A stretch of 39,194 bases of DNA from a virus: UHGV virus genome UHGV-0142770. One strand, 5' to 3'. Shown in pieces: positions 18,259 to 27,083 of the stretch. The notes under the pieces were generated by a model. That model worked only from the letters and a program-made list of their open reading frames with translations. It was not told where the DNA came from and did not search any database. A program made the translations under genes and the position numbers. Position 1 is the stretch's first letter; each line of letters opens with the position of its first letter.

Positions 18259-18578
18259 TCACCTCCGTTACCGTACAGAGTTTCAGCCGCTGATTTTTCT
18301 ACATCCCCGGAAACAGGAGCGATCGCCATATCAGTGATCTGCAGATCGGCGCTGCGATTAACGCCATCGTCAGTTTCTCTGGCAGACAGGCCTCGAATAA
18401 CAGCCTTTGCAGTTATCATCACTTCTGTTCCGACGCCCTTAGGTTGCGCCTTCAGCTTATTCAATGTGTCGTTATTCAGCGTGATGCACAGCCCCCACGG
18501 GTATTCATCGCGAGTTCTGGTTTCTCCGCTCTCATCCTGGTAGCTGTCAGTGCCGGTTTTGAGGTTTACGAGTTCCAT
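18255..18578 (-). CDS. Small virion-module protein (hypothetical)
   Basis: ATG 18578 with AGGAG 5 nt upstream (track start 18584 is GTG). Confidence 0.5.
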   Translation of the reverse strand: MELVNLKTGTDSYQDESGETRTRDEYPWGLCITLNNDTLNKLKAQPKGVGTEVMITAKAVIRGLSARETDDGVNRSADLQITDMAIAPVSGDVEKSAAETLYGNGGE

Positions 18579-18628
18579 ATACACTCCTGCAATAAAGGGG
18601 CCGAAGCCCCTTGTCTGATCCGCGAGGC

Positions 18629-18964
18629 TTACACGCCCAGTTCTTTACGCTTATCTGCGATCTTCTCGCGGAGCGTTTCGGCTTTGGCGTTATGGTGTGG
18701 CTTCTCGTTAAAGAGCAATTCGTACTCTTCACGGAGCTTATCCAGTTCACCATCATCTGACACATCGTTGATGATTTTGGTGCTGATTGCTGCCATTGAC
18801 ACCTTTCCTGCAACTTTTGCTTTTGCCTGTCTGGCTGCATCGTTAACAGGTTCCAGTGCGCTACCAGGCTCACCTTCGTATTCGATTTCTGCCCCCTCCG
18901 GCCACAGAGTGTTATGGATATGAGAGAGGCGCAGAACGCGGTATCTTGGTTTCTCACCTGACAT
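18629..18964 (-). CDS. Small virion-module protein (hypothetical)
   Basis: ATG 18964 with AAGGTGA 6 nt upstream; charged, coiled-coil-like. Confidence 0.5.
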   Translation of the reverse strand: MSGEKPRYRVLRLSHIHNTLWPEGAEIEYEGEPGSALEPVNDAARQAKAKVAGKVSMAAISTKIINDVSDDGELDKLREEYELLFNEKPHHNAKAETLREKIADKRKELGV

Positions 18965-18974
18965 CGATATCACC

Positions 18975-19412
18975 TTAACCAGTTACTTTTGAGCGGATCG
19001 GATACGGCGTATTGGCATCAACATCAAGACTGATACCAGCAGTGAATTCGCCAGCCGTTAGTGGGCCAGTTGCGACGGAGTAGTTAACACGCAGATATCG
19101 CTGAACACCGGCAGGCACCTTTGCAGAAACAACTCGTTTACCTGCTGTCAGGGCGGTCTTTGCCAGTGCGCCACTATCATAAATAGTGGTCCATGAGCTG
19201 TTATTCTCACTCGTCTGCAACTGGATGTTTACAGTTGCATCACCGCTTGCCGTGGCGGCTGTGCTAACCAGCACCCAAAACTCAAGCGGGTAACCCACGC
19301 CGATATCACGACGTTTTCCGTCAATTGGACCGAGATCGATTACGTCAGTAGAAGCCGCGGTATCAGTTACCGCCTGTGCTTCGGAGAACATCAACAGTTT
19401 GTCGGTGATCAT
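18975..19412 (-). CDS. Capsid accessory/decoration-like protein (hypothetical)
   Basis: 145 aa immediately after the major capsid gene; Ser/Thr/Ala-rich, beta-rich composition. Confidence 0.45.
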   Translation of the reverse strand: MITDKLLMFSEAQAVTDTAASTDVIDLGPIDGKRRDIGVGYPLEFWVLVSTAATASGDATVNIQLQTSENNSSWTTIYDSGALAKTALTAGKRVVSAKVPAGVQRYLRVNYSVATGPLTAGEFTAGISLDVDANTPYPIRSKVTG

Positions 19413-19463
19413 CTTCTTTCTCCATTAGTGGGTCTGTTACGACCCACAGGTTAATAACAGGCG

Positions 19464-20456
19464 TTACACCACGCGGGCTTCTGTTTCCAGAAGCGCATCA
19501 GTTTCACGGATTGGTACACCACGGAATGACGTCCACCACTCGCCTTCAGTCTCTTTTACGCTAATCGCCAGAGATGTTTTCTCCAGAGACTGCAAATCAA
19601 GAGCCTGGCCTACAGTGCGGTTCATGTAGAACACCGGGCGCCCCATGCCACGGTTTGGAATGCGATGCAGTGCTTTAACCATCAACTTCGCAATATTTGC
19701 GGCAGAGGAAGGTTCTGAAAGATTGCTGACATCGATGTTTGCAATGCGAACAACATAACGCCAGTCACGCAGAGCAAGTCCGTTATCCCATTTGTAATGG
19801 GTACGGTAGCCTTCGTACTTGCCGCCATTAGCATCTTCCAGTGTCACCTGGCCTTTATCTTCCATCTGAATGCCAGCCTTCTGCCCTTTCGGGAAGATGC
19901 CATGCACGGTGTTTTCGCCCCACACCACTAACCAGATTGAGGTGTTATCTGTACCCGTGCCACCAGCATCAATGATGTTCTGAGCATTACCTGCAGACAG
20001 GCTGGAATAGCGGGAGGACAGTCCCATAAACTGCTGAGGGTTAACGCTGGAATCACCATAAAACAGCGTCTGCGCCATCTGCTGATTCATCGCTTCAATA
20101 AATGCGCGGTCTTCAGACAGGCGGAATTCGGCGGTATTGCCGTTCAGATCAGCCAGTGACTTATCGACTTCAGCATAGGTTTCCAGCATGCCAACGGAAT
20201 CGGTTACCTGCACTGTGGTTGATTTGCTTGGCTGTACGCCATAGTTCAGCAAACGCCAGGTAGCTGAAGGTAAACCAGAACGAATGGTGGTTCGGTGTCC
20301 GGTAGGAAGGTTCCCTTCGACAAAAGGCATATCCTGAAGGATCGGGTTAGTTTGACCGAGAAGCTCGATAATCTTATCGACTTTCCCGTTTGGATCGACG
20401 CGCTTACCCCAGTCAGCCAGCGTTAGCGCAGTTAAGCCTTTAACAGCCATTGTCAT
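19464..20456 (-). CDS. Major capsid protein
   Basis: 330 aa, directly after the scaffold gene; size and position are those of a podovirus major capsid protein. Confidence 0.8.
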   Translation of the reverse strand: MTMAVKGLTALTLADWGKRVDPNGKVDKIIELLGQTNPILQDMPFVEGNLPTGHRTTIRSGLPSATWRLLNYGVQPSKSTTVQVTDSVGMLETYAEVDKSLADLNGNTAEFRLSEDRAFIEAMNQQMAQTLFYGDSSVNPQQFMGLSSRYSSLSAGNAQNIIDAGGTGTDNTSIWLVVWGENTVHGIFPKGQKAGIQMEDKGQVTLEDANGGKYEGYRTHYKWDNGLALRDWRYVVRIANIDVSNLSEPSSAANIAKLMVKALHRIPNRGMGRPVFYMNRTVGQALDLQSLEKTSLAISVKETEGEWWTSFRGVPIRETDALLETEARVV

Positions 20457-20464
20457 TTCCTCTC

Positions 20465-21166
20465 TTATTTGCCATAGAGCACTTCGGCCGCACTACGCTG
20501 GCCTTCATTACCACCGGTGACCATGCCATCTTCAGACATCGCCTTTCCGATTTTCACGAACGTTTTGACCAGATCAGGGTGATTACCCAGCCCGGTGGTG
20601 TTCAGATATTCTTTGAGTTCAGGTGTCCCGAACTGGTCAAGCGCACGCTGTGCGGCGCTAAGGTTAGAAATCAACTTGTCGCCACCGATTTCTTTGTCAG
20701 CTTTTACATCCGCAGCCCACTGCTCGGTTGTTTTCTGCCAGGCTTCTGCCTGGCGCTGCTGAACACCTGCCAGAATCTTCGGATAAGCATCAACCAGCTT
20801 TTGCGCTTGCTCGTTGGTCAGGTTAAGTTCTCGCGCCACCGGCTCGAATTCCTTCAACGCTTCTGTATCCAGCTCTACGCCTTCGGCAGCCTGAAACTCG
20901 TACTTCTCAGGCGCACCCTCTGGTTTATCGCCGTCCTTTTTTTCATCCTGCTTATCGTTTTCAGGCTTTTTGTCATCAGCAGGTTTATCGCCATCAGCAA
21001 CAGGTTGTGGCTTATCACCTTCCTGTTGTGATGGATCACCAACTGGAGCAGGGTTATCACCTGCAGGCGCTGACGGTTCTGACGCAGCCGGAGCTGCTCC
21101 ACCATCGACTGGTTGCTCATTGCAAAGACGGCGATACAGCAAACGCTCAAATAAATTCATGATCAC
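20465..21166 (-). CDS. Scaffolding protein
   Basis: 233 aa, highly acidic/basic low-complexity (Asp/Lys/Pro/Glu-rich) N-half and helical C-half, between portal and capsid. Confidence 0.7.
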   Translation of the reverse strand: MIMNLFERLLYRRLCNEQPVDGGAAPAASEPSAPAGDNPAPVGDPSQQEGDKPQPVADGDKPADDKKPENDKQDEKKDGDKPEGAPEKYEFQAAEGVELDTEALKEFEPVARELNLTNEQAQKLVDAYPKILAGVQQRQAEAWQKTTEQWAADVKADKEIGGDKLISNLSAAQRALDQFGTPELKEYLNTTGLGNHPDLVKTFVKIGKAMSEDGMVTGGNEGQRSAAEVLYGK

Positions 21167-21459
21167 TCCTGTTCACTGGCCTCTTTGGCCATCTTCAAAT
21201 ACTGTTCAGGGCAATGCGCCATAACGCGCTGAAACAGTTCCAGCGCCAGATTGCGTTGCCCCTCATTAAATGCCATTGCCATAGCGTCCATCGGTGAGAT
21301 AGCGGAAAACACACGGCCTTTCTCCAGCACCGACCAGACAACGCGACGCCCCTGTTCACTGCTCATGACAAAGCGAATGTCATCAATTTCACGCTGCGCC
21401 ATGTCACGTTGCTTACGGGCGTTTTCTTCTTTCAGTTGATCGTCTTCGTAATCTGTCAT
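21163..21459 (-). CDS. Small head-module protein (hypothetical)
   Basis: 98 aa, coupled to portal and scaffold genes by overlapping start/stop. Confidence 0.45.
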   Translation of the reverse strand: MTDYEDDQLKEENARKQRDMAQREIDDIRFVMSSEQGRRVVWSVLEKGRVFSAISPMDAMAMAFNEGQRNLALELFQRVMAHCPEQYLKMAKEASEQE

Positions 21460-23135
21460 TGTGATTGCCCACCCTGACCACTAACTGCATTCGCCATAGC
21501 TGACAAAACACTCGGATCCGAAGTTTTAGCTTCGCTTAGCGTCTTGGCACCCTGTGCCGCCGCCATCCCCATCGCCATCATTTGTTGCTGCTGTTGCTGC
21601 TGTGCCCGTTGCTGGCGAGCATGCTCAACCTGTTCCTGCGGAACAATGACGGTTGGAGACACTCCGGACATATCAGCGAATGCATCGATCGCCTGATCAA
21701 CGTTGAGTTTGTCGAGAGCTTCTGGTTTCGCTTGCGCAAGTTGACCAATGAAGTTAACCGTGGACGCCAGACTGGACAGGCCGATAGACTTCTGCGCCTG
21801 AGCCATGACGGAAATGTATTCGACCTTCAGGGGCATGCCTTCCATCGCGTCAGGCGGTGGCGGCAGCATGTTTTTACGCACCATCATCGAGAAAGCGCGG
21901 TCAATGAGAGGATTAAGACATTCGTCGTTCAGACGCTCCAGAACCGGCCCCAACATCAGAAGTTTTTCTTCTTTCATTTCGATCACCGCTTCAACAGGCA
22001 TCGAGCGGGTATTGATGTTCTGCAACATCATGAACAGATCGACAAAGTAGGCGCTGTTAATGATTTGACGAGTGTCCTGAATGTCTGCCACCAAATCTGC
22101 TGTACTGGGGTTAACCAGATAAGCAGGCCTGAAGCCATCCTGACCAGTAATCTGATCGATATACGTGATGTCGCCAGGAAGAAGGGAGGCGCGCTGATTC
22201 TTGAGGGAAGTCGGAGCAACCATCGGCGGATTGGTGGCTTTATCAATCAACTGCGACTTGCGCTTCTGGAGAAGCTGCAATGCCTTAACAGGTCCAAGCG
22301 CCAGCATACCCGGGCATGATGATCCATAAACATCTTCGCCGTTAACTTCCCAGCGCGGAGCCATAATTGGAAACTCATCGAATCCGGACTCACGCAACAA
22401 CTTGTCGTTATCGCCACCAACCTCGTAATAAACCGATTTGAATGGCTTGTTCTTGCTATCCAGCTTCGATGTATCGCGGTCAATGTTCGGGTAAACCGAA
22501 TGCATCACTTCAATCCACTTCTCGTAGGTGCCGCTTTCCCACATGCTTTTTACGGATTCGCTGACGTTATTTAGCCCGAACTCCTGAACAAGCTGACGAA
22601 CAGTCATAGAGAACTTGCGAAAACAGGTGTCCACACTGCCACGAGGTGAGTTAGCCAGGTAGTAACTGCCTATCGGGAATGGCATTGTGCGAATGATGTC
22701 CTCGTCATCCTCCAGCACTGCCATTGCACCAGTGCTGTATGTGCCGAGGCTTCCGTATAACTGCGGCAGCGACTGATAGAGATTCGACTTATTGAACATA
22801 TCGTTCATGCGGTTCTGCACCGCCTCAAGCCACAACTTAACAGGGCCATAATCCATCATTTCAGGATCTGGCGTAGCCAGGCGAAACCACGGACGCGCGG
22901 GGCTTGTGATGCCTGACATCATGCCGCTGGCGAGAGTGCGCGCCGCCATAGTCCCGGTCGAATCAATAATGCGTGTATTGCGTCGATCGTTACGGTTGAC
23001 CTCAGAAGTCAGAAAGCGGGAACCACGTGGGTTGATGTAATCACTCAACTCGCGCCAGTGCGGCTCGAACGACTGACGCTCGCTTTCAAGTTGTGCGAAC
23101 TGTTTGTTCAATCGCTCTTTAGTTGTTTCCGCCAT
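21456..23135 (-). CDS. Portal (head-tail connector) protein, T7 gp8-like
   Basis: 559 aa, first large gene after terminase; Gln-rich C-terminus (QQRAQQQQQQQMMAMGMAAAQ); size and position match podovirus portals. Confidence 0.8.
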   Translation of the reverse strand: MAETTKERLNKQFAQLESERQSFEPHWRELSDYINPRGSRFLTSEVNRNDRRNTRIIDSTGTMAARTLASGMMSGITSPARPWFRLATPDPEMMDYGPVKLWLEAVQNRMNDMFNKSNLYQSLPQLYGSLGTYSTGAMAVLEDDEDIIRTMPFPIGSYYLANSPRGSVDTCFRKFSMTVRQLVQEFGLNNVSESVKSMWESGTYEKWIEVMHSVYPNIDRDTSKLDSKNKPFKSVYYEVGGDNDKLLRESGFDEFPIMAPRWEVNGEDVYGSSCPGMLALGPVKALQLLQKRKSQLIDKATNPPMVAPTSLKNQRASLLPGDITYIDQITGQDGFRPAYLVNPSTADLVADIQDTRQIINSAYFVDLFMMLQNINTRSMPVEAVIEMKEEKLLMLGPVLERLNDECLNPLIDRAFSMMVRKNMLPPPPDAMEGMPLKVEYISVMAQAQKSIGLSSLASTVNFIGQLAQAKPEALDKLNVDQAIDAFADMSGVSPTVIVPQEQVEHARQQRAQQQQQQQMMAMGMAAAQGAKTLSEAKTSDPSVLSAMANAVSGQGGQSQ

Positions 23136-23149
23136 TTCAATGACTCCGG

Positions 23150-23356
23150 TTACTGACCAAGCAGCGTTTTACCGCTGGTATTAGCGGTTGATGTGTCGCC
23201 CTGAGAACCGGTAAGCAGCGTAGAACTACGACCAGCAGCAGCGCGACGGCGACGAGTTTCTTCGTCGCGGGCATCAACAACGGCGGCATCCTGCTCCTGT
23301 GGTGCTGCCTGAACTTCTGGTGTTGCAGGCACTGATGGTGAGCTACCCATGCACAT
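23150..23356 (-). CDS. Small ORF upstream of portal (hypothetical)
   Basis: 68 aa, ATG 23356 with GGAG 8 nt upstream; low-complexity sequence, so uncertain. Confidence 0.35.
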   Translation of the reverse strand: MCMGSSPSVPATPEVQAAPQEQDAAVVDARDEETRRRRAAAGRSSTLLTGSQGDTSTANTSGKTLLGQ

Positions 23357-23446
23357 ATCAATGACTCCGTACGCAATTAAATTATTACCAATTTAACCAC
23401 ATATGATTTATTTATCGTAGATAGTTGACATTTAACGCACAAATTA

Positions 23447-23461
23447 TTACCTTTCAGGTAA
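23447..23461. promoter_or_regulatory. Candidate repressor operator TTACCTTTCAGGTAA, 17 bp downstream of a TTGACA hexamer (23425-23430)
   Basis: Perfect palindrome, identical 16-mer to the site at 4557-4572, between the portal operon start and the tRNA. Confidence 0.5.
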
Positions 23462-23783
23462 GCAAAGAGTTCATTCCGGTTATTAACCTGACTGGCTTGT
23501 CGTTAAATTGAACAGGTGGAGTGAGCTTTTATTTTGAGCAGTACGGCGTATGGCACATGCGCCGATAGCGGTCTGGATACGTTTAAGGGGCACCCTCCCT
23601 TGCTCGGGCAAACGAACCAGGTAGCCGGAATGTGCAAGTCGAGCGGTTTTATTCCGCGCACGGGGATTCACCATCCCGGCGATTCGGTGTGACGCCTCGG
23701 AAGAGACGAGGGTACAACGATGAGAGCATTTATGGAGCCGCGACAAAGTGTGGTGCCTTAACAGGCTAAGTGCTCTCAGCGTT

Positions 23784-23860
23784 GTGGCATTAGCTCAGTT
23801 GGACAGAGCAACCGCCTTCTAAGCGGTTGGTCGCAGGTTCGAATCCTGCATGCCACGCCA
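23784..23860 (+). tRNA. tRNA-Arg (anticodon UCU), phage-encoded
   Basis: 77 nt cloverleaf folded by hand: acceptor GTGGCAT/ATGCCAC, D-arm GCTC...GAGC, anticodon stem ACCGC/GCGGT with loop CTTCTAA (TCT at 23818-23820), T-arm GCAGG-TTCGAAT-CCTGC, discriminator G and encoded CCA. Closely resembles enterobacterial argU. Confidence 0.9.
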
Positions 23861-23903
23861 GAATCACGCCTAAGGACCGTGATGCCAGAAGTTCCAGGTG
23901 CTT

Positions 23904-23946
23904 GGCGGTGATAGTTTCCCTTGAAGTACTATCACCGCCCTTTTTA
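23904..23946 (+). terminator. Intrinsic terminator downstream of tRNA-Arg
   Basis: 11-bp stem GGCGGTGATAG/CTATCACCGCC (23904-23914 and 23929-23939) followed by a T-run at 23941-23945. Confidence 0.75.
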
Positions 23947-24023
23947 CAGCAGGACGCCATTGCGATGACTTCATGCTGTAAACCCGTACAGCCACGGAAG
24001 GCATAACTCATTGCTTCCAGTTC

Positions 24024-24046
24024 GCCCGGTTCGCCGGGCATTTTTT
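24024..24046 (+). terminator. Second intrinsic terminator (UUCG tetraloop)
   Basis: Stem GCCCGG/CCGGGC with loop TTCG, followed by TTTTTT (24041-24046). Confidence 0.75.
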
Positions 24047-24081
24047 GCCTGATGACCACAAATTACCTTAAAGGTATAATC

Positions 24082-24900
24082 ATGAAAAACTTTAAGGTAA
24101 TTAGTATGTTCGAATCGTTCAAAGAGCTGTTTTTATCTACTGCCAATACTGCCGTGCATCGAGCCAAAAACCCTGTGCTTGGTGCTTTTGTTATGTCCTG
24201 GTGCGCCTTCAACTGGAAATCAATTCTTTATCTATTTTTTAGCAAATCAAACATAATAGATAAAATTTCATATATCTCAGATAACAGCACATGGAAAACT
24301 GTTATGTTTTATCCATGCTTATCTGTAATTGCTATCTGCTGCCTATTACCATGGGTAAACAATATCATTAACGTATGGCAAGCAAAGCCTCTTGATAATA
24401 ATGACTCAATCGAAAATCACCTGAAGGCAAGAAAAATCCAGCGTGAAACAAGACTGCAGAGGTTATTGGCTAAAAAAGATGTTACATACGACAAAGTTAA
24501 GACTGGCGCGGAAAAAGACATCCAAGAGATGAAAGAAGAGATTATTCGATCAAAGAATAGTATGGGGGAATTGACTGCCGAGTTGAAAGCTAAAGATGAC
24601 GAATTGAGATCCGCCAGTGCTCAGTTAGCAGCTCTAAATCATTCATTAAAAGAGATATCGGAAACTCTTGGAAGAATGAATGAGGCATATAAGACCCTCC
24701 AAAATGATTTCGACGAATACAAACTCAAATACCCTGAAAAATCTCAAATAAAAAGCCTTGCACTTGGCAACGGCCAAACAATTAGCAACTTTTTGGAGCA
24801 ACACAACTTATCCGGATTAAAATCTGGTAAGCCAAACGTTTTTAATAACTTTGGTGTTCTATCTGGATTATCAGGTTTCGAGGATAAAAATAAAGACTAA
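24082..24900 (+). CDS. AT-rich moron: membrane plus coiled-coil protein of unknown function (candidate exclusion/abortive-infection gene)
   Basis: ATG 24082 (alternatives 24052, 24106). Two hydrophobic segments (LGAFVMSWCAFNW; VMFYPCLSVIAICCLLPWV) then a long Lys/Glu-rich coiled coil. Opposite strand to the late operon; stop overlaps the terL stop. Preceded by an imperfect TTACC-N5-GGTAT site (24063-24077) and TATAAT (24075-24080). Confidence 0.6.
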   Translation: MKNFKVISMFESFKELFLSTANTAVHRAKNPVLGAFVMSWCAFNWKSILYLFFSKSNIIDKISYISDNSTWKTVMFYPCLSVIAICCLLPWVNNIINVWQAKPLDNNDSIENHLKARKIQRETRLQRLLAKKDVTYDKVKTGAEKDIQEMKEEIIRSKNSMGELTAELKAKDDELRSASAQLAALNHSLKEISETLGRMNEAYKTLQNDFDEYKLKYPEKSQIKSLALGNGQTISNFLEQHNLSGLKSGKPNVFNNFGVLSGLSGFEDKNKD

Positions 24901-26372
24901 GCATATGGATCGTACTCGGTAAGCGCCTTGCCTTGCTGGTTCTGCTGACCGGGAATTCGCAGACGCTTCGACACAGGGAACGCAAACGTCAGCAGTAGCG
25001 CATCGCCTTTACCAGGAGAACGCCCAAGCCGCTCTTTGATATCTTCCTTCGGTTCGATAACGATTTTACCGTCCACTCGAACTTTGTACTCTGCCGCCGA
25101 CAGGTCGTCCGCTGTTTCCTGGTCATCCAGCATGCCGCCCAGCCTCAGCCATGTCTTACATGAGTTGAACATCTCCCCACGCTTGTTAAGCATCTGCGGG
25201 TCAGTGGACGCACCGCCGAACGGAACAAGTTGCCATGTACGTCCCCAGCCATCACCGATTGACTTCAAACCGGTTCCGTAACCGAAGTCGATGAACACCG
25301 CGTCAGCCTGGTACTGGTCTTCAAAGTCAGCGATACGCTTCGCCATAATCAGATCGTCGGTGGTCTTGTTGCCGGTCCACAGCACCTTACTGTGCAGCCC
25401 CTGCCGCAGGTATATCACCGCGTCATCAACACCGGAGTATGCAGGGTCAACGCCGATTATCACCGGAGCATGTGCCACCTGCGCAGCAGTTACCACCCGT
25501 TTCATTGCCTCGTCAGTAAGACCGGTAGGGATAAACTGCAATTCAGATGCATCAGGGAATATGCCGCGCACACGGATTTTAACGAAGTCGCTGTCTTCCC
25601 CGTAGTCATCAACCCATTTCTGTAATTGCTGCTTGTTAGTACCTTCCACCGTCCGGCTGTCAATCTGTGCAGTTTTCCAGCGGTGTTTATATTTGCGGAA
25701 ACATTCGCGGAAACGCCCGGTGTTACGTGTCGGGTTTCCGAACGCCACCCAGATAATCTCAGTGTCTTCGTCCGTAAGCGCACCCTCAGCAACTTCCCAC
25801 ACCAGATCCGCAATGTTCGACGCTTCATCGAATACCACGATGATGCGTTTGCGCTCATTGTGTAATCCGGCGAATGCCTCAGTGTTGTGCTCAGACCAGG
25901 GGATTGCGTCAGCTCGCCACCGCTTGTCGTGCCCAGGGTCATTGCTGTACATCGCGGTAGCGGTACAGGTAAACCAGTCTTTCGTGATAGCAAGGTTCGA
26001 CCACTTGATAATTTCCGGCCAGGTCTTCGTTCGTAGCTGGTTGTCGGTGTTGGCGGTCACCACGACCTTACAATCCTCGCAAGTGGACATGCCCCAGTTG
26101 ATCAGCATTGAGATGAATGCGGATTTACCAATACCGTGACCAGAAGCGCGTGCCAGCATAAGCGGCTGATAGCGCGTCTCTGGATTCTGCAGGTGATCAC
26201 GTATCTCTCGGAACGCATCAGCCTGCCACTGACGTGGACCGGTGGCATGTGCCAGTTCAGTCCCCTCTTCCCCCCACGGGAACGCATAGAGGGCATAGCC
26301 AAGCGGATCGTGAGTGAACCCTGCAATATCCTCGATCAACTGCTCTTCAGGAGATAACGCTGCATCTGTCAC
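24897..26372 (-). CDS. terL: Terminase large subunit (TerL)
   Basis: 491 aa after terS with ATGA overlap; N-terminal ATPase region with Walker-A-like GHGIGKS and C-terminal nuclease-like region with conserved acidic residues (VVFDEA, GVDPAYSG). Confidence 0.9.
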   Translation of the reverse strand: MTDAALSPEEQLIEDIAGFTHDPLGYALYAFPWGEEGTELAHATGPRQWQADAFREIRDHLQNPETRYQPLMLARASGHGIGKSAFISMLINWGMSTCEDCKVVVTANTDNQLRTKTWPEIIKWSNLAITKDWFTCTATAMYSNDPGHDKRWRADAIPWSEHNTEAFAGLHNERKRIIVVFDEASNIADLVWEVAEGALTDEDTEIIWVAFGNPTRNTGRFRECFRKYKHRWKTAQIDSRTVEGTNKQQLQKWVDDYGEDSDFVKIRVRGIFPDASELQFIPTGLTDEAMKRVVTAAQVAHAPVIIGVDPAYSGVDDAVIYLRQGLHSKVLWTGNKTTDDLIMAKRIADFEDQYQADAVFIDFGYGTGLKSIGDGWGRTWQLVPFGGASTDPQMLNKRGEMFNSCKTWLRLGGMLDDQETADDLSAAEYKVRVDGKIVIEPKEDIKERLGRSPGKGDALLLTFAFPVSKRLRIPGQQNQQGKALTEYDPYA

Positions 26373-26965
26373 TGATTACCATCCTGACGTTCTTTGAGTC
26401 GCTTCCTGGCTGCCGCTATGCGATCAGCAATTGTCACATTCACATTAACATCCAGGCGTTCTTTGAATGCGTTGACGTCGACGTGCTTACCAATCAGTTC
26501 TAGGTTCTTCACCTTGTCAGGCCATTTAATTTTTTTGAGGATTGTCTCTATCGAATCCTCGTTCATGTTCATGATGGTCGATGACAGATCAAAGCCACTA
26601 AGCGTAGTGCGCCAGATTTTCGGCCACTCACGGATTGGTTTAAGGCTCCCATCGTCGTTGAGGATATCGATCACGTCCATCTGGTCGATCTCCACCAAGC
26701 GCATGAGAACGTAATCAGCACTGACGCGCATTCGTTTGTTGCGCTCCTCCATCAACTCGGCAATCCGTTTTTGAATGCGTTCATCGCGCATCATGACACT
26801 GGCTTTAACTGCCGCTGTATTTGGGGAGAATCCTGCGTTAATCGCTGCCTGAGTCTGGTTTTCAGGCGTTTTGATGTATGACTGGCAATAAGCCTCCTGC
26901 ATTGCTGTGAGCGGCTTAAATTGCGTTGATTTGCGTTTATAGGTTTTAGGTTCAGCAGGCATCAT
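26369..26965 (-). CDS. terS: Terminase small subunit (TerS)
   Basis: Start taken at the ATG pair 26965/26962 (GGTGG just upstream) rather than track TTG at 27043, which would place a terminator hairpin inside the gene. Basic helical N-terminus, coupled to terL. Confidence 0.7.
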   Translation of the reverse strand: MMPAEPKTYKRKSTQFKPLTAMQEAYCQSYIKTPENQTQAAINAGFSPNTAAVKASVMMRDERIQKRIAELMEERNKRMRVSADYVLMRLVEIDQMDVIDILNDDGSLKPIREWPKIWRTTLSGFDLSSTIMNMNEDSIETILKKIKWPDKVKNLELIGKHVDVNAFKERLDVNVNVTIADRIAAARKRLKERQDGNQ

Positions 26966-27009
26966 AACCACCGTGGTAATAGTTACCATTGTGGTAATAG
27001 TACCATGCA

Positions 27010-27034
27010 AAATAAAGCCGCCATAGTTGGCGGC
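27010..27034 (-). terminator. Intrinsic terminator immediately upstream of terS
   Basis: On the minus strand: stem GCCGCC, loop AACTAT, stem GGCGGC (27034-27017), followed by UUUAUUUU (27016-27010). Confidence 0.6.
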
Positions 27035-27083
27035 AGTATTCAAAACCCATCAAATTCATCATGCATAATCTACTCGTGACATG

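Noticed and set aside
21582-22319. 245-aa plus-strand ORF inside the portal gene (with 21805..22050, 22028..22246, 22247..22483)
   Set aside because: Entirely antisense to the portal gene; His/Arg-rich translation typical of antisense reading of a coding region; no RBS or promoter context.
23483-24059. Minus-strand ORFs 23483..23746 and 23790..24059
   Set aside because: They overlap the tRNA-Arg gene and its two terminators on the opposite strand and start with TTG/GTG; the region is better explained as RNA gene plus terminators.
26966-27043. Longer TerS start at 27043 (TTG) given by the ORF track
   Set aside because: It would place a strong terminator hairpin (27017-27034) inside the coding region; an ATG pair at 26965/26962 with GGTGG upstream is the more plausible start.
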